Of a stretch of 32,000 nt of DNA, positions 22,268 through 30,835 are shown in pieces. Below the pieces are notes generated by a model that was given only the letters and a program-made list of their open reading frames with translations, searched no databases and was not told the origin of the DNA. Location of the stretch: assembly GCF_022014235.1 (NCBI RefSeq), contig NZ_JAKLTD010000002.1, forward strand, positions 172,284 to 204,283, written 5' to 3'. Each line of letters starts with the position of its first letter. Positions within the stretch are counted from its first letter, which is position 1. Position numbers and translations under genes: made by a program. The DNA comes from Methanothermobacter sp. K4 (lineage in GTDB: Archaea; Methanobacteriota; Methanobacteria; Methanobacteriales; Methanothermobacteraceae).

Positions 22268-22612
22268 ATGGAAGTCAGGCTTTACATAACAGAGGGTGAC
22301 ATTGAGGACCACCATGTCTTCAGGGAGAAACTAGGTCTTTCGGGTCTCAGGTGGAGGCAGACTGACCTCGAGGATGCAGATGCTGTGATAATCCTTGCTG
22401 GCCTCTGGGGAACCATGAAGGAAAAAATAATGGATGATGTGAAGAGGGCTGTGAAACTCTCCAAGCCCATAATAACCGTGAGGCCCTATGGCCTTGAGAA
22501 TGTGCCGGTGGAACTTGAAGAAGTGAGTTCTGAGATTGTTGGATGGAATCCCCACTGCATAGGGGAGGCCATTGAGGATGCAGTTAATCCCGAGGATACG
22601 AATCAAGGATGA
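22268..22612 (+). CDS. MTH538-type TIR-like domain protein (DUF1863 family)
   Basis: The 114-aa product ([45 protein letters not shown]) closely matches my recollection of the structurally characterised MTH538 protein, which names the Pfam TIR-like family. Confidence 0.75.
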   Translation: MEVRLYITEGDIEDHHVFREKLGLSGLRWRQTDLEDADAVIILAGLWGTMKEKIMDDVKRAVKLSKPIITVRPYGLENVPVELEEVSSEIVGWNPHCIGEAIEDAVNPEDTNQG

Positions 22613-22698
22613 ATGATTGATGCCGTGAATTCAAAGGATAAAAAAATCAAGTTATGGAATCATGATACGGTGAATCCATAGAATAAGAATCAAAGCTG

Positions 22699-22717
22699 AA
22701 TGAAAAAATAAAGGGGG
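22699..22717 (-). terminator. C-run plus oligo-T putative terminator (minus strand ccccctttattttttcatt) after the Lys/Tyr-rich gene
   Basis: It lies 10 nt downstream of the stop (22727..22729) and has the same architecture as 5457..5478 and 8596..8614. A small hairpin, ggcct-ctct-aggcc (22720..22733), overlaps the stop. Confidence 0.4.
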
Positions 22718-22726
22718 TTGGCCTCT

Positions 22727-23248
22727 CTAGGCCGATGATTTAACCACAAACATGCCGGGTTTCCTTGATGTGGGGTGGTATATCCTGTTGTAGCCACTGT
22801 AGTCATAGTCAACCCAGCATCCACCGCTGTACACCTGCACTGTGCGGTGTCTTGGTGACATGCTAGTGGCGTACTGTATTATACGCACCTTCTTCCCGGC
22901 TGATGTGAGTTTTTTATATAAGTATTCACTCATAGCCCAGCAGTCCCCTATGTCTGGATCATAGCGGTATGTGCTGGTGCTGTAGGCTGCCCGTACCCTC
23001 TTCTTCTTGTAGTACTTATATTTCTTGTAGTACCTTTTCTTCACACTGGTACGGTATGTAGCCCTGACCTTTTTCCTGTAGGTCTTTTTATATTTCTTGT
23101 ACTTCTTGTACTTGTATGCGGCGTCAACCTTCACAGGTTCCGCCTTTATGGTCTGTGTTTTTGACACTATTTTTGCGTTTTCTGTTCCAGTATTTGTTGC
23201 CTCACTGATGGGCACTGAACCCACAGTGAACATCAGTGCAAAGAGCAC
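22727..23248 (-). CDS. Secreted protein with a Lys/Tyr-rich basic repeat region and a minimal transglutaminase-like Cys-His-Asp core
   Basis: Signal-like N-terminus ..LFALMFTVGSVPISEA. Basic repeats KYKKYKKYKKTYRKKVRATYRTS / YYKKKRVRAAYSTS. Core 'GDCWAMSEYLYKKLTSAGKKVRII..RHRTVQVYSGGCWVDYD'. The real start may be ATT 23272 (see findings). Confidence 0.7.
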   Translation of the reverse strand: MLFALMFTVGSVPISEATNTGTENAKIVSKTQTIKAEPVKVDAAYKYKKYKKYKKTYRKKVRATYRTSVKKRYYKKYKYYKKKRVRAAYSTSTYRYDPDIGDCWAMSEYLYKKLTSAGKKVRIIQYATSMSPRHRTVQVYSGGCWVDYDYSGYNRIYHPTSRKPGMFVVKSSA

Positions 23249-23725
23249 TGTGACTGCTTTGAATCGCGTAATTCTATCGCCTCCATGTCCAATACTAACC
23301 CTTCAGGTCGCTTAGGACACTGAGTCAATGGTTACATCATCATACTATATAAATGTTTCCATAAAATAAAAGCTCTGAGAGCTCCTTTAATCAAAAAAAG
23401 CCACCAGAATCCTTTTCTAATATTCAGATATTCTCTGAGAATCCATCCCATTTTATTTGAAGATAGGGGCCATCATGGAATCCCATTCGGAGTTTAGGGG
23501 CAGAGGGGCTCCCCGATAGAATGGAGATTCAGAAGATAAATCCTGTATAAATGGCCACTTAAAGAGCTTATTTCTGTTAAAGGAAGAACTAGAATGCTCA
23601 ATAAATTAAAAGCAACATTAAAATGAAAATTTGAATTTAAAATGATTTTAAAGACTTATATGAAGCTGAAGAACTCTTTAAAGTGTCAAAAATTGAAATA
23701 AAATTATCTATGGGTCCTTAAAAAT

Positions 23726-26239
23726 TTAGCCGGCCCTCTGGATGATGGATACTCCATCGGACTTTTCAACCCTGTATATGTGGTCTGCAAGGTTTTCAAG
23801 TTCCTCCTCATGGGATACCAGGATTATCTGTCTGGCCTCAAGTTCATCGAAGATGTCCCTGAGCTTGTAGAGCTGCTCCTTGCTGAACCCATCGGTTGGC
23901 TCATCCAGTATGAGTATATCTGACCTCACATCTGTGAGGTTCTGGACCACCATGTTGAGGGCGAGTCGGTATGCGAGTGCTATGCTGGTCCTCTCACCAC
24001 CACTGAGGTACTCAAGGTTCTGTTCGTAGCCGTCCTGCTCCACGATGGGTGTGAAGTCCTCGTCAATCCGCACCGATTTATCCGGGTCATCCACCAGGAC
24101 CCTGAACCATTTCTGGAACCTCTCATTGAACTCATGGTTTATCTGTGCCATCACATGGGTCTCAATGTCAGCGAGTGCAGGGATGAAGTATGATTCAAGC
24201 CAGGTCACATGGTCCTTGAGTTCACCTGCACGTTTTCTGAGTTTCTTCTTTTCATCAATTTCAGCCTCAAGGTTCCTGATCTGTTTCTCCTTTTCCTCGA
24301 TTTTCCCCCCAACTGATCCCAACCTCTGTTTTTTCTCATCCCTGAAGGTTTCAAGTTCACGGAGTTTTTCACCGATACCCTGTATACTGGCCTCCACCTT
24401 CTCCCTGTTTCTGAGTGCCTCCTCATTTTTCTTTATCTCCGCTTCCTTTTCTTTGATGGTTTCATCGTTTTCATTAATCCTCTGGAGGTTCTCCATGTAT
24501 TCAGTGCTGGTCTCAGGGTTGAGTTCAGGGATTCTTTCCTCAAGGCCCTCTATTTTTGAATTTACCCTTGAGAGCCTATCAGAGCATTTCCTCTCCCTTT
24601 CACGAAGGTCTCTGAGATCACCATCAATTTTTCTGAAACTGGATTCCACACCCTTCAGATCACTGATTACCATTTCATTTTCTTTTATATCCGATTCAAT
24701 GTCTCTGATTCTCTTCCCATTATCCCCAAGGTTCTTCTGCTTTTCCCCATATTCAGCCATCTTACTCTTAAGGTTCTCCCTAAGTTTGCTGAGTTCCTCC
24801 CGGGACCTCCTGTATTCCCTTATACGTTCAAAGAGTTTATTTTTATTTCCTATCTCAGCGTTAAGCTCCTTTATTCTGGATTCAACTGACCTTTTCCTCT
24901 CAAGGCCATCGCTGAGTTTATCGTTTATGTAGTCAGGGTCAACCTCCTGGTCACATGTCGGGCAGACACTCCTCTCTCTGATGGACCTGTAGTCATCTAT
25001 CTTCCCGGAGATGGCACCCAGCTCCTGCTGGAGCTTCGATACCTCACCCTCAAGTTTTTTTATCTCAGATTTCACTTCATCCTCGCTGTAACCTGGATCC
25101 TGGAGGGACTCCAGCTCCCCTATCTCTGATTTGAGGCTGTCAATCTCGACACGCAGCGCATCAATTTCACGTTCCATACTACCTCTGATATTTGAAAGGG
25201 TCTCAAGTTGATTCCTGAGACCTTCAAGTTTGGTGGAAGCATCTCTGAACCTTTCATAGTCCTCTCTGAGGGATTCTCTTTCATTATCCATCTCCTCAAT
25301 ATCCTTTCTGAGTGAATCGAATTCCTCCTGAAGTTCATCCCTCATCTTCCGGCACTTCTGAAGTTCATCCAGGGATTTCTGATAATCCATCTCTATATCC
25401 CTGTTTCTCCTCCTGAGCCTCTCTGAGGATAAACTTAAAGTTTCGATTTCATTCTGAAGAGATCCTATCTTCTCCTCGGCAGCTTTGATCCTGTTTTCCT
25501 CCTTTTTGAGTTCCTCAAGTTCCAGTCTGAGTTTGCTGATCTCCGACTCGATTACTTTGAGTTCAGCATCAAGCTCCTTCCTTGTGGATTCCAGTTCCCC
25601 CTTTTCACTGATAAGATTCCCCAGTTCCATTTTTTTATCCTCAAGGTCGTAGGATCTATCCTCGAGGCTCTGTGCGGATCTTCTGATTTTTTTTGAGAGT
25701 AGCTTTGCATTATCCGCTGCTCTGCTGTACTTTTCAAGGTCAAAGGCCTTCCTGAGCCTTTCAAGCCGGTCGCTGCTCCGGGTCTCTATTATGCTCTTCA
25801 TCTGCTCCTGTGGGGTGAATACCGCGTAACGGTATATCCTGCTCCTGGCCCTTGGATTCAGGGGTTCCCTGTAACCCAGGATGCTGAGTACCTCGGCCTT
25901 CAGTTCCTTTGCAGAGAGTTTCCTTCTCCCTGTGGGTGTTCTGATGTAGAGTTCCCCCTGCTGCACCCCTGAGGCGGCCCTTTTAAGTTCCCGGTAGATG
26001 GTGTACTCTGCACCGTCAACAGTGAAGGTGAGTTTGACTGAACCCGAATTTGCTGTGGCCCTCAGAAGGCTGTCACCCCTCTGGTCACCCAGCCCGAAGA
26101 GCGCGAATTCTATTGCAAGTAGAAGTGTCGTCTTACCTGAACCTATATCACCCTCAAAGAGGGTCACCCCATCATCAAACTCGACAGTTCCTGATTCATA
26201 GCTCCTTATGTTCCTGATTTCAAGTGAATTGATAATCAA
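23726..26239 (-). CDS. rad50: DNA double-strand break repair ATPase Rad50
   Basis: Walker [12 protein letters not shown], long coiled coils, central zinc hook CPTCDQ, signature [17 protein letters not shown], Walker [13 protein letters not shown]-loop VSHEEE. TTG start at 26239, 6 nt after GGTGA. Confidence 0.95.
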   Translation of the reverse strand: MIINSLEIRNIRSYESGTVEFDDGVTLFEGDIGSGKTTLLLAIEFALFGLGDQRGDSLLRATANSGSVKLTFTVDGAEYTIYRELKRAASGVQQGELYIRTPTGRRKLSAKELKAEVLSILGYREPLNPRARSRIYRYAVFTPQEQMKSIIETRSSDRLERLRKAFDLEKYSRAADNAKLLSKKIRRSAQSLEDRSYDLEDKKMELGNLISEKGELESTRKELDAELKVIESEISKLRLELEELKKEENRIKAAEEKIGSLQNEIETLSLSSERLRRRNRDIEMDYQKSLDELQKCRKMRDELQEEFDSLRKDIEEMDNERESLREDYERFRDASTKLEGLRNQLETLSNIRGSMEREIDALRVEIDSLKSEIGELESLQDPGYSEDEVKSEIKKLEGEVSKLQQELGAISGKIDDYRSIRERSVCPTCDQEVDPDYINDKLSDGLERKRSVESRIKELNAEIGNKNKLFERIREYRRSREELSKLRENLKSKMAEYGEKQKNLGDNGKRIRDIESDIKENEMVISDLKGVESSFRKIDGDLRDLRERERKCSDRLSRVNSKIEGLEERIPELNPETSTEYMENLQRINENDETIKEKEAEIKKNEEALRNREKVEASIQGIGEKLRELETFRDEKKQRLGSVGGKIEEKEKQIRNLEAEIDEKKKLRKRAGELKDHVTWLESYFIPALADIETHVMAQINHEFNERFQKWFRVLVDDPDKSVRIDEDFTPIVEQDGYEQNLEYLSGGERTSIALAYRLALNMVVQNLTDVRSDILILDEPTDGFSKEQLYKLRDIFDELEARQIILVSHEEELENLADHIYRVEKSDGVSIIQRAG

Positions 26240-26311
26240 AGAGCATCACCACAAGCATATCAGTTATCTGGATTCACCCGGAGCAGGTCAACACCATCAT
26301 CTCTCCTGAGG

Positions 26312-27568
26312 TTATCGGTTATCATCATCCAGATTAACCCCCATCACGGCCTCTGCTTCCTCAATGACCCTCCTCTCATATTCTTCCTTCTTCTCACCGG
26401 GGGCCATCTCATTTTCAAGTTTCCTGAGGAGGTCAACCGCCAATGAGTCGCCCCTCTTCATGAGACTTTTGTTTCTGATGTCAAGTCCTGCGAGTTTCTC
26501 CCTGAAGATCCTCCTCTCAAGTGCGGGGATGTCGCTCTCAGCGACCCTCACCTTCTGTATCTCACGGGTGCTGAGGCCGTGTCTGTTGATCTGGACAACA
26601 CGAGCGCCCCTGGATTCAAGTTCCCTTCTTATCCATGCCGAGTCTATGTCCGAGGTCCTCCCTGAACTGAGCTCACCCCTGATCTTGAACATCACAACCT
26701 TTCCCTTAACATCGTGTTCCCCCATTTCCCTACCTATGAGGAGGGCTGTGTCCCGGGAATTCTTACCTGTCACATCACATTCCATGTACTCAAAGTCAGC
26801 AGGCCTTATAACCCTGAACTCTGGGGTTTTCGCCTTTTCACTGAATTCAACAAGGTAGTACCCCCTATCCTCTCCCCTGGCGTTCTCCTCAAGGTCCCCT
26901 GCATATGAACCGAAGAGTGCCCCGGGGTATACTATGGGGCCGTAGCCCTCCTCCATGTAGCAGCCCTTCCTGTGGACGTGGCCCCCTGCATAGTACTCAA
27001 GGCCACGTGGGAAGAGGTTGAGGTCCACTGATTCCATATCTGCAAGATCAACCGGTTTGAACTGGGTTATGGCGCTGTGGAAGAGGAATATCCTGAAGCC
27101 ATCCTCGGCCTCAAGGGCCTCCCTGTCAAGGCTCCTGAAGTAGTCGACCTCCAGTGCCCTTGACCTCCCTGACAGTCCAGTGATCTTTGCCCCGGTCTTC
27201 TCATCCACCGTGAACTCCAGTCCCAGCTTCTTCCCGGGGATGGGTCGCACAACCTTCTCTATGACCCCCGCGGTTTCCAGGATGTCTATCATGGAGGTGT
27301 TTGATGGGCTGTAGTCGTGGCTGCCATAGTTGACGTAGATTGGGACCCCCTCATCCCTGACCCTTCTGAGTTCCAGGGTCGCCCTCTTGACGGTCTCCAT
27401 GTTTGGGATGTTGGAGTGGAAGAGGTCCCCCGCTATTATCATGAAGTCAACCTCATTCTCCAGGGCATCATCCAGGGCCATCCTGAAGGCCTGGAATTCC
27501 AGTTCCCTGAGCTCCGGCTGTTTCTGGGCCCCCAGGTGGCAGTCTGACAGGTGCGCGAATCTGTACAT
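26312..27568 (-). CDS. mre11: DNA double-strand break repair nuclease Mre11
   Basis: Phosphoesterase motifs [45 protein letters not shown]5-ATG favours 27568 over the tracked GTG 27577. Confidence 0.95.
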   Translation of the reverse strand: MYRFAHLSDCHLGAQKQPELRELEFQAFRMALDDALENEVDFMIIAGDLFHSNIPNMETVKRATLELRRVRDEGVPIYVNYGSHDYSPSNTSMIDILETAGVIEKVVRPIPGKKLGLEFTVDEKTGAKITGLSGRSRALEVDYFRSLDREALEAEDGFRIFLFHSAITQFKPVDLADMESVDLNLFPRGLEYYAGGHVHRKGCYMEEGYGPIVYPGALFGSYAGDLEENARGEDRGYYLVEFSEKAKTPEFRVIRPADFEYMECDVTGKNSRDTALLIGREMGEHDVKGKVVMFKIRGELSSGRTSDIDSAWIRRELESRGARVVQINRHGLSTREIQKVRVAESDIPALERRIFREKLAGLDIRNKSLMKRGDSLAVDLLRKLENEMAPGEKKEEYERRVIEEAEAVMGVNLDDDNR

Positions 27569-27578
27569 CAGGTTCACC

Positions 27579-29099
27579 TCATCCTATGAATTCGATGTCC
27601 TCATCATCATGATCCGTGGATTCAGTGAAATCCTCAAAGAGGGGTATCTTCACGGGTACCGCGAACTTTGTGAATATGCTGCTAACTATGGCCTCACCCT
27701 TATCCAGGCTTGCTATTGCCCTGTTGTCATCTGAGAGGTCCTGGGATGCGCTTCCTATTATCTCAGCCCTCTCCTGGGCCATCTCATTCCCCAGGATTAT
27801 CTTGGTGTTCATGTTTGCAAGGACTGTCCTGGGGATGAGGCTTACGAGCTGGGTTATGGCGACGAGGCCTATGTTGAATTTACGTCCCTCCCTTGCGATG
27901 GTGCTGTAGATGTTGTTTCCCTGCCTCTCAATGACCTCCTTTCCAAGGACACGGGGGGCCTCCTCTATCACTATCCCTATGACGGGTTTTCTCCTGAGCT
28001 CCCCGGTGGACTTGTACTTCTGGTACCTCCTGAAGATCTCACCGGATATCACGCTCCCAACGAGGAGTTCCGCCTCACCCATGAGCCGGGATGTGTCCAC
28101 CACAACTATCTTTCCATCTTCGAGGTGTCCTGCTATGTCCTTTATGGTTGACTCGCCACCCACATCCCTGAATACTCCTCCACGGGACTTTATCTCGCCT
28201 GTGTCCTCATCCAGGTAGACGCCGAGTATCACATCAAAGACCCTTCGAAGGACGCTCAGTGTCCTGGGATCCACGTTTTTAACGCCGTCACCGGAAACGA
28301 TTTTGATGATCCATTCTTCTCCATACATACTGTGGTACTTTGCAATTGCCTGCTCCTGTGGATCTGAAAAGGGAACTATACCTTCAAAGTGTTCAGGTCT
28401 CAGGGACTTCAGGTTTATTGCGAGGGTGTTTCCGCCGACCGGTGCATCCGGGGAGTAGTATACCACGTTACCTGATGGGTGCTTTCCGAGCCCCGCCTCG
28501 TTCCTGCCATAGTACTCGTCGTGGGGGTCCAGCACCAGCATGCCCACACGGTCCATATCTGCCAGGCTCCAGAGCATGACCTTCACCAGGTTACTCTTAC
28601 CCCTACCAGTTGTTGCAGGTATGAGAATGTGGTGGGTTATGGCGTCCAGTGCGTCGATGTAGACCGGAGTCTCAAGGACCTTTGAACCGCTCCTCACATT
28701 CCCCAGGAATACAGGGTTGCGGGGCTTTTCAAGGAAGGCCAGGTCCCCATCCCTTATCCTCCGGACCTCCCTGAAGAAGCCCGGCAGGCGTTTGGGTAGC
28801 ATTGGCTCCCCATCCCTCACATGGAGTATGGGGCGGGCCTCTGCGATGATGTAGTTACGTAGTTCCGGTTCAAGGAACTCCACGTCCCCCCTGTAACCCT
28901 CAAGGTTGAAACCTGATGCAAGTTCCCTCATCCCCTGGGGTATCTGGGACCTGTATTTGAGGTCCTTGACCTGGAGTATCGTGTAGCCTTCCCCCTCAGC
29001 GACAAGGAGGTCACCGAGTTCCACTGGTTCATCCGATTTCTGCCTTATGAGTACCGCGGCTGTTTCGCCGCCTATTATCTGCCCTGCGATTTCCATCAA
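27579..29099 (-). CDS. herA: HerA-type hexameric DNA translocase/helicase
   Basis: N-terminal HAS-barrel-like region, Walker [12 protein letters not shown], Walker B-like [12 protein letters not shown]. It sits between nurA and mre11 and has a 4-nt overlap with nurA. Confidence 0.9.
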   Translation of the reverse strand: MMEIAGQIIGGETAAVLIRQKSDEPVELGDLLVAEGEGYTILQVKDLKYRSQIPQGMRELASGFNLEGYRGDVEFLEPELRNYIIAEARPILHVRDGEPMLPKRLPGFFREVRRIRDGDLAFLEKPRNPVFLGNVRSGSKVLETPVYIDALDAITHHILIPATTGRGKSNLVKVMLWSLADMDRVGMLVLDPHDEYYGRNEAGLGKHPSGNVVYYSPDAPVGGNTLAINLKSLRPEHFEGIVPFSDPQEQAIAKYHSMYGEEWIIKIVSGDGVKNVDPRTLSVLRRVFDVILGVYLDEDTGEIKSRGGVFRDVGGESTIKDIAGHLEDGKIVVVDTSRLMGEAELLVGSVISGEIFRRYQKYKSTGELRRKPVIGIVIEEAPRVLGKEVIERQGNNIYSTIAREGRKFNIGLVAITQLVSLIPRTVLANMNTKIILGNEMAQERAEIIGSASQDLSDDNRAIASLDKGEAIVSSIFTKFAVPVKIPLFEDFTESTDHDDEDIEFIG

Positions 29100-30160
29100 T
29101 CCTCACCTGCATAACTGTTAAGTGTATCGTGGTAGTCGAGACTTTCTGTCTCATATTTTATGCCCCTAAGGACTTTACCATCCCTGATCTGTGATAGGAC
29201 TCTTCTCCTGTAGATTTCAACTTCATCCCCTGAGACACGGGCCCTCATGTCCACGTCCACCAGCCCGTAGGGGTAGCCCGGGAAGCATGCGTCCCTAGCG
29301 TTCAGTGAGAGGGTGGATGCCACGTCCAGTGTCTCATCCCCATCATACTCCCCCAGTATGTCCATGCGGAATATCCTCCCTGCAGGGTTCAGTTTAACCG
29401 CCGTGAGGGTGGTGGGCCTGTCTGTCCTGATGGCTATGGGATGGTAGCACCATGCCCCCTTAAGGCCCCGCTCTGATGCGAGCCTTCCGATGGCTGAGAG
29501 GAGTGAAATTGAAGTGGTTGTGTAGAGGGTGCAGGTCTTTGAGAGCCCCGTCACATGGATCTCACCTGCCCTATCCCCGAGCTTGTTGATGTAGCTGTTT
29601 TCCTTCTCGAATGACGCCTGTAGTGAACCGTCCCTAACCAGTACATCCCCTGCATCAAGTTCATCAAGGGCAGCCAGTGCCATGCTCCACTCTGCAAACC
29701 GCCTGGGAAGGCCCTTGAGGGTTGACTCCTCAACGGTATCCGTGTCTTCAAGTTCAAGGTGCATGTCATCCTCATCCGGGAGGAATTCCAGGTACTCCTC
29801 CCTGATGGGGTGTATCTGGAATATGCACATCTCCTCCTCCGGGTTCATGGTCATGACAGAGAAGAACTCAATTCTCGATGGCATCTCTGGCTGGACCCTC
29901 TGGCCTCCCCTGAAGAGACCCAGGGCAACCCTGTTGAGCTGGACCGAGATGCCTGGTCCCTCCAGTATGGGGCTGTTTCCGCCGTCTATGAAGGCCACTA
30001 GCCGCTTATCTCCCCCCTCGATGGGTGTGAAGTTAGTGGTGCTGAATTCATGCACCCTGTATTTCGCTGACCTGAAGTAGGGTCTTCCAATCCCCGACCT
30101 CACTCTATTCTCAAGGGTCTGTGCAATCCTGTCAAAAATGTCCAACAAAAAATCCCCCAT
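29096..30160 (-). CDS. nurA: NurA 5'-3' nuclease
   Basis: '[11 protein letters not shown]' and 'VLVRDGSLQ' are catalytic-Asp segments typical of NurA. It is translationally coupled to herA. Confidence 0.85.
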   Translation of the reverse strand: MGDFLLDIFDRIAQTLENRVRSGIGRPYFRSAKYRVHEFSTTNFTPIEGGDKRLVAFIDGGNSPILEGPGISVQLNRVALGLFRGGQRVQPEMPSRIEFFSVMTMNPEEEMCIFQIHPIREEYLEFLPDEDDMHLELEDTDTVEESTLKGLPRRFAEWSMALAALDELDAGDVLVRDGSLQASFEKENSYINKLGDRAGEIHVTGLSKTCTLYTTTSISLLSAIGRLASERGLKGAWCYHPIAIRTDRPTTLTAVKLNPAGRIFRMDILGEYDGDETLDVASTLSLNARDACFPGYPYGLVDVDMRARVSGDEVEIYRRRVLSQIRDGKVLRGIKYETESLDYHDTLNSYAGED

Positions 30161-30264
30161 GTAAATGTTTAATATTGAATAAGAAATAAATGTTATAAAT
30201 AGCTTGTGGTTTTTAATTGAATGGTTCCGTCATCTGAGCGGTCCGGGGATATCCCAGGCCTTAC

Positions 30265-30789
30265 CTACTCCTCCGGTTCAACTATGACCGCTGTGCCGTA
30301 GGCCAGGATCTCCTGCATTATGTCAGAGATGGAGTCTGAGTCGAACCGGACACTTATAACCGCATTGGCCCCGAGTTCACGGGCATGGTCAAGCATCCTC
30401 TCAAGGGCCTCCTGCCTTGAGTGCTCCATCATGGTGACGTACTCCTTGATCTCACCACCCACAATGGACCTTAAGCCTGCGCCTATCTGACCCCCGAGTC
30501 CCCTGCTCCTCACTGTCAGCCCATAAACAAATCCAAGTGTTTCAACAGCCCTGTATCCCGGGACGTAGTTGCTTGTAACGTATACCACGTCACCATGCTT
30601 TTCAACTGCAGGCGCTTCTCTTCGCTCCTCAAGCCTCGTACCACACTCGTCACAGAAGTTTGAGTCAGCTCCATACTCCTTCCCACAGTTTGGACAGAAT
30701 TTCTCTGCTGATGACTCTTTTGGGGAAGCTGAAACAGCGCCACCTCTCCTCTCAGCCAGTCTCCTCTTCATCTCCTCACTTGTAACCAT
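30265..30789 (-). CDS. Zinc-ribbon plus YbjQ/DUF74 (heavy-metal-binding) domain protein
   Basis: CPNCG..CDECG ribbon, then 'VETLGFVYGLTVRSRGLGGQIGAGLRSIVGGEI..YVTMMEHSRQEALERMLDHARELGANAVISVRFD', typical of YbjQ. Start is set at M57 of the tracked ORF because the tracked extension overlaps the divergent gene. Confidence 0.8.
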   Translation of the reverse strand: MVTSEEMKRRLAERRGGAVSASPKESSAEKFCPNCGKEYGADSNFCDECGTRLEERREAPAVEKHGDVVYVTSNYVPGYRAVETLGFVYGLTVRSRGLGGQIGAGLRSIVGGEIKEYVTMMEHSRQEALERMLDHARELGANAVISVRFDSDSISDIMQEILAYGTAVIVEPEE

Positions 30790-30835
30790 AATAACACCAT
30801 AATTATTTTTATTGCAGATGTATAATAAGGTTACC

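Noticed and set aside
24045-24932. 295-aa plus-strand ORF (Ser/Phe/Leu-rich) inside rad50
   Set aside because: It is antisense to a motif-verified Rad50 coiled-coil region. Its low-complexity composition is what the reverse complement of Glu/Lys/Leu-rich codons produces. It has no RBS and no recognisable domain.
27579-30160. The HerA + NurA pair as a candidate HerA-based antiviral defence system
   Set aside because: They are translationally coupled to canonical mre11 and rad50 in one operon, the well-known archaeal end-resection machinery. No Sir2, DUF4297 or other defence effector is attached.
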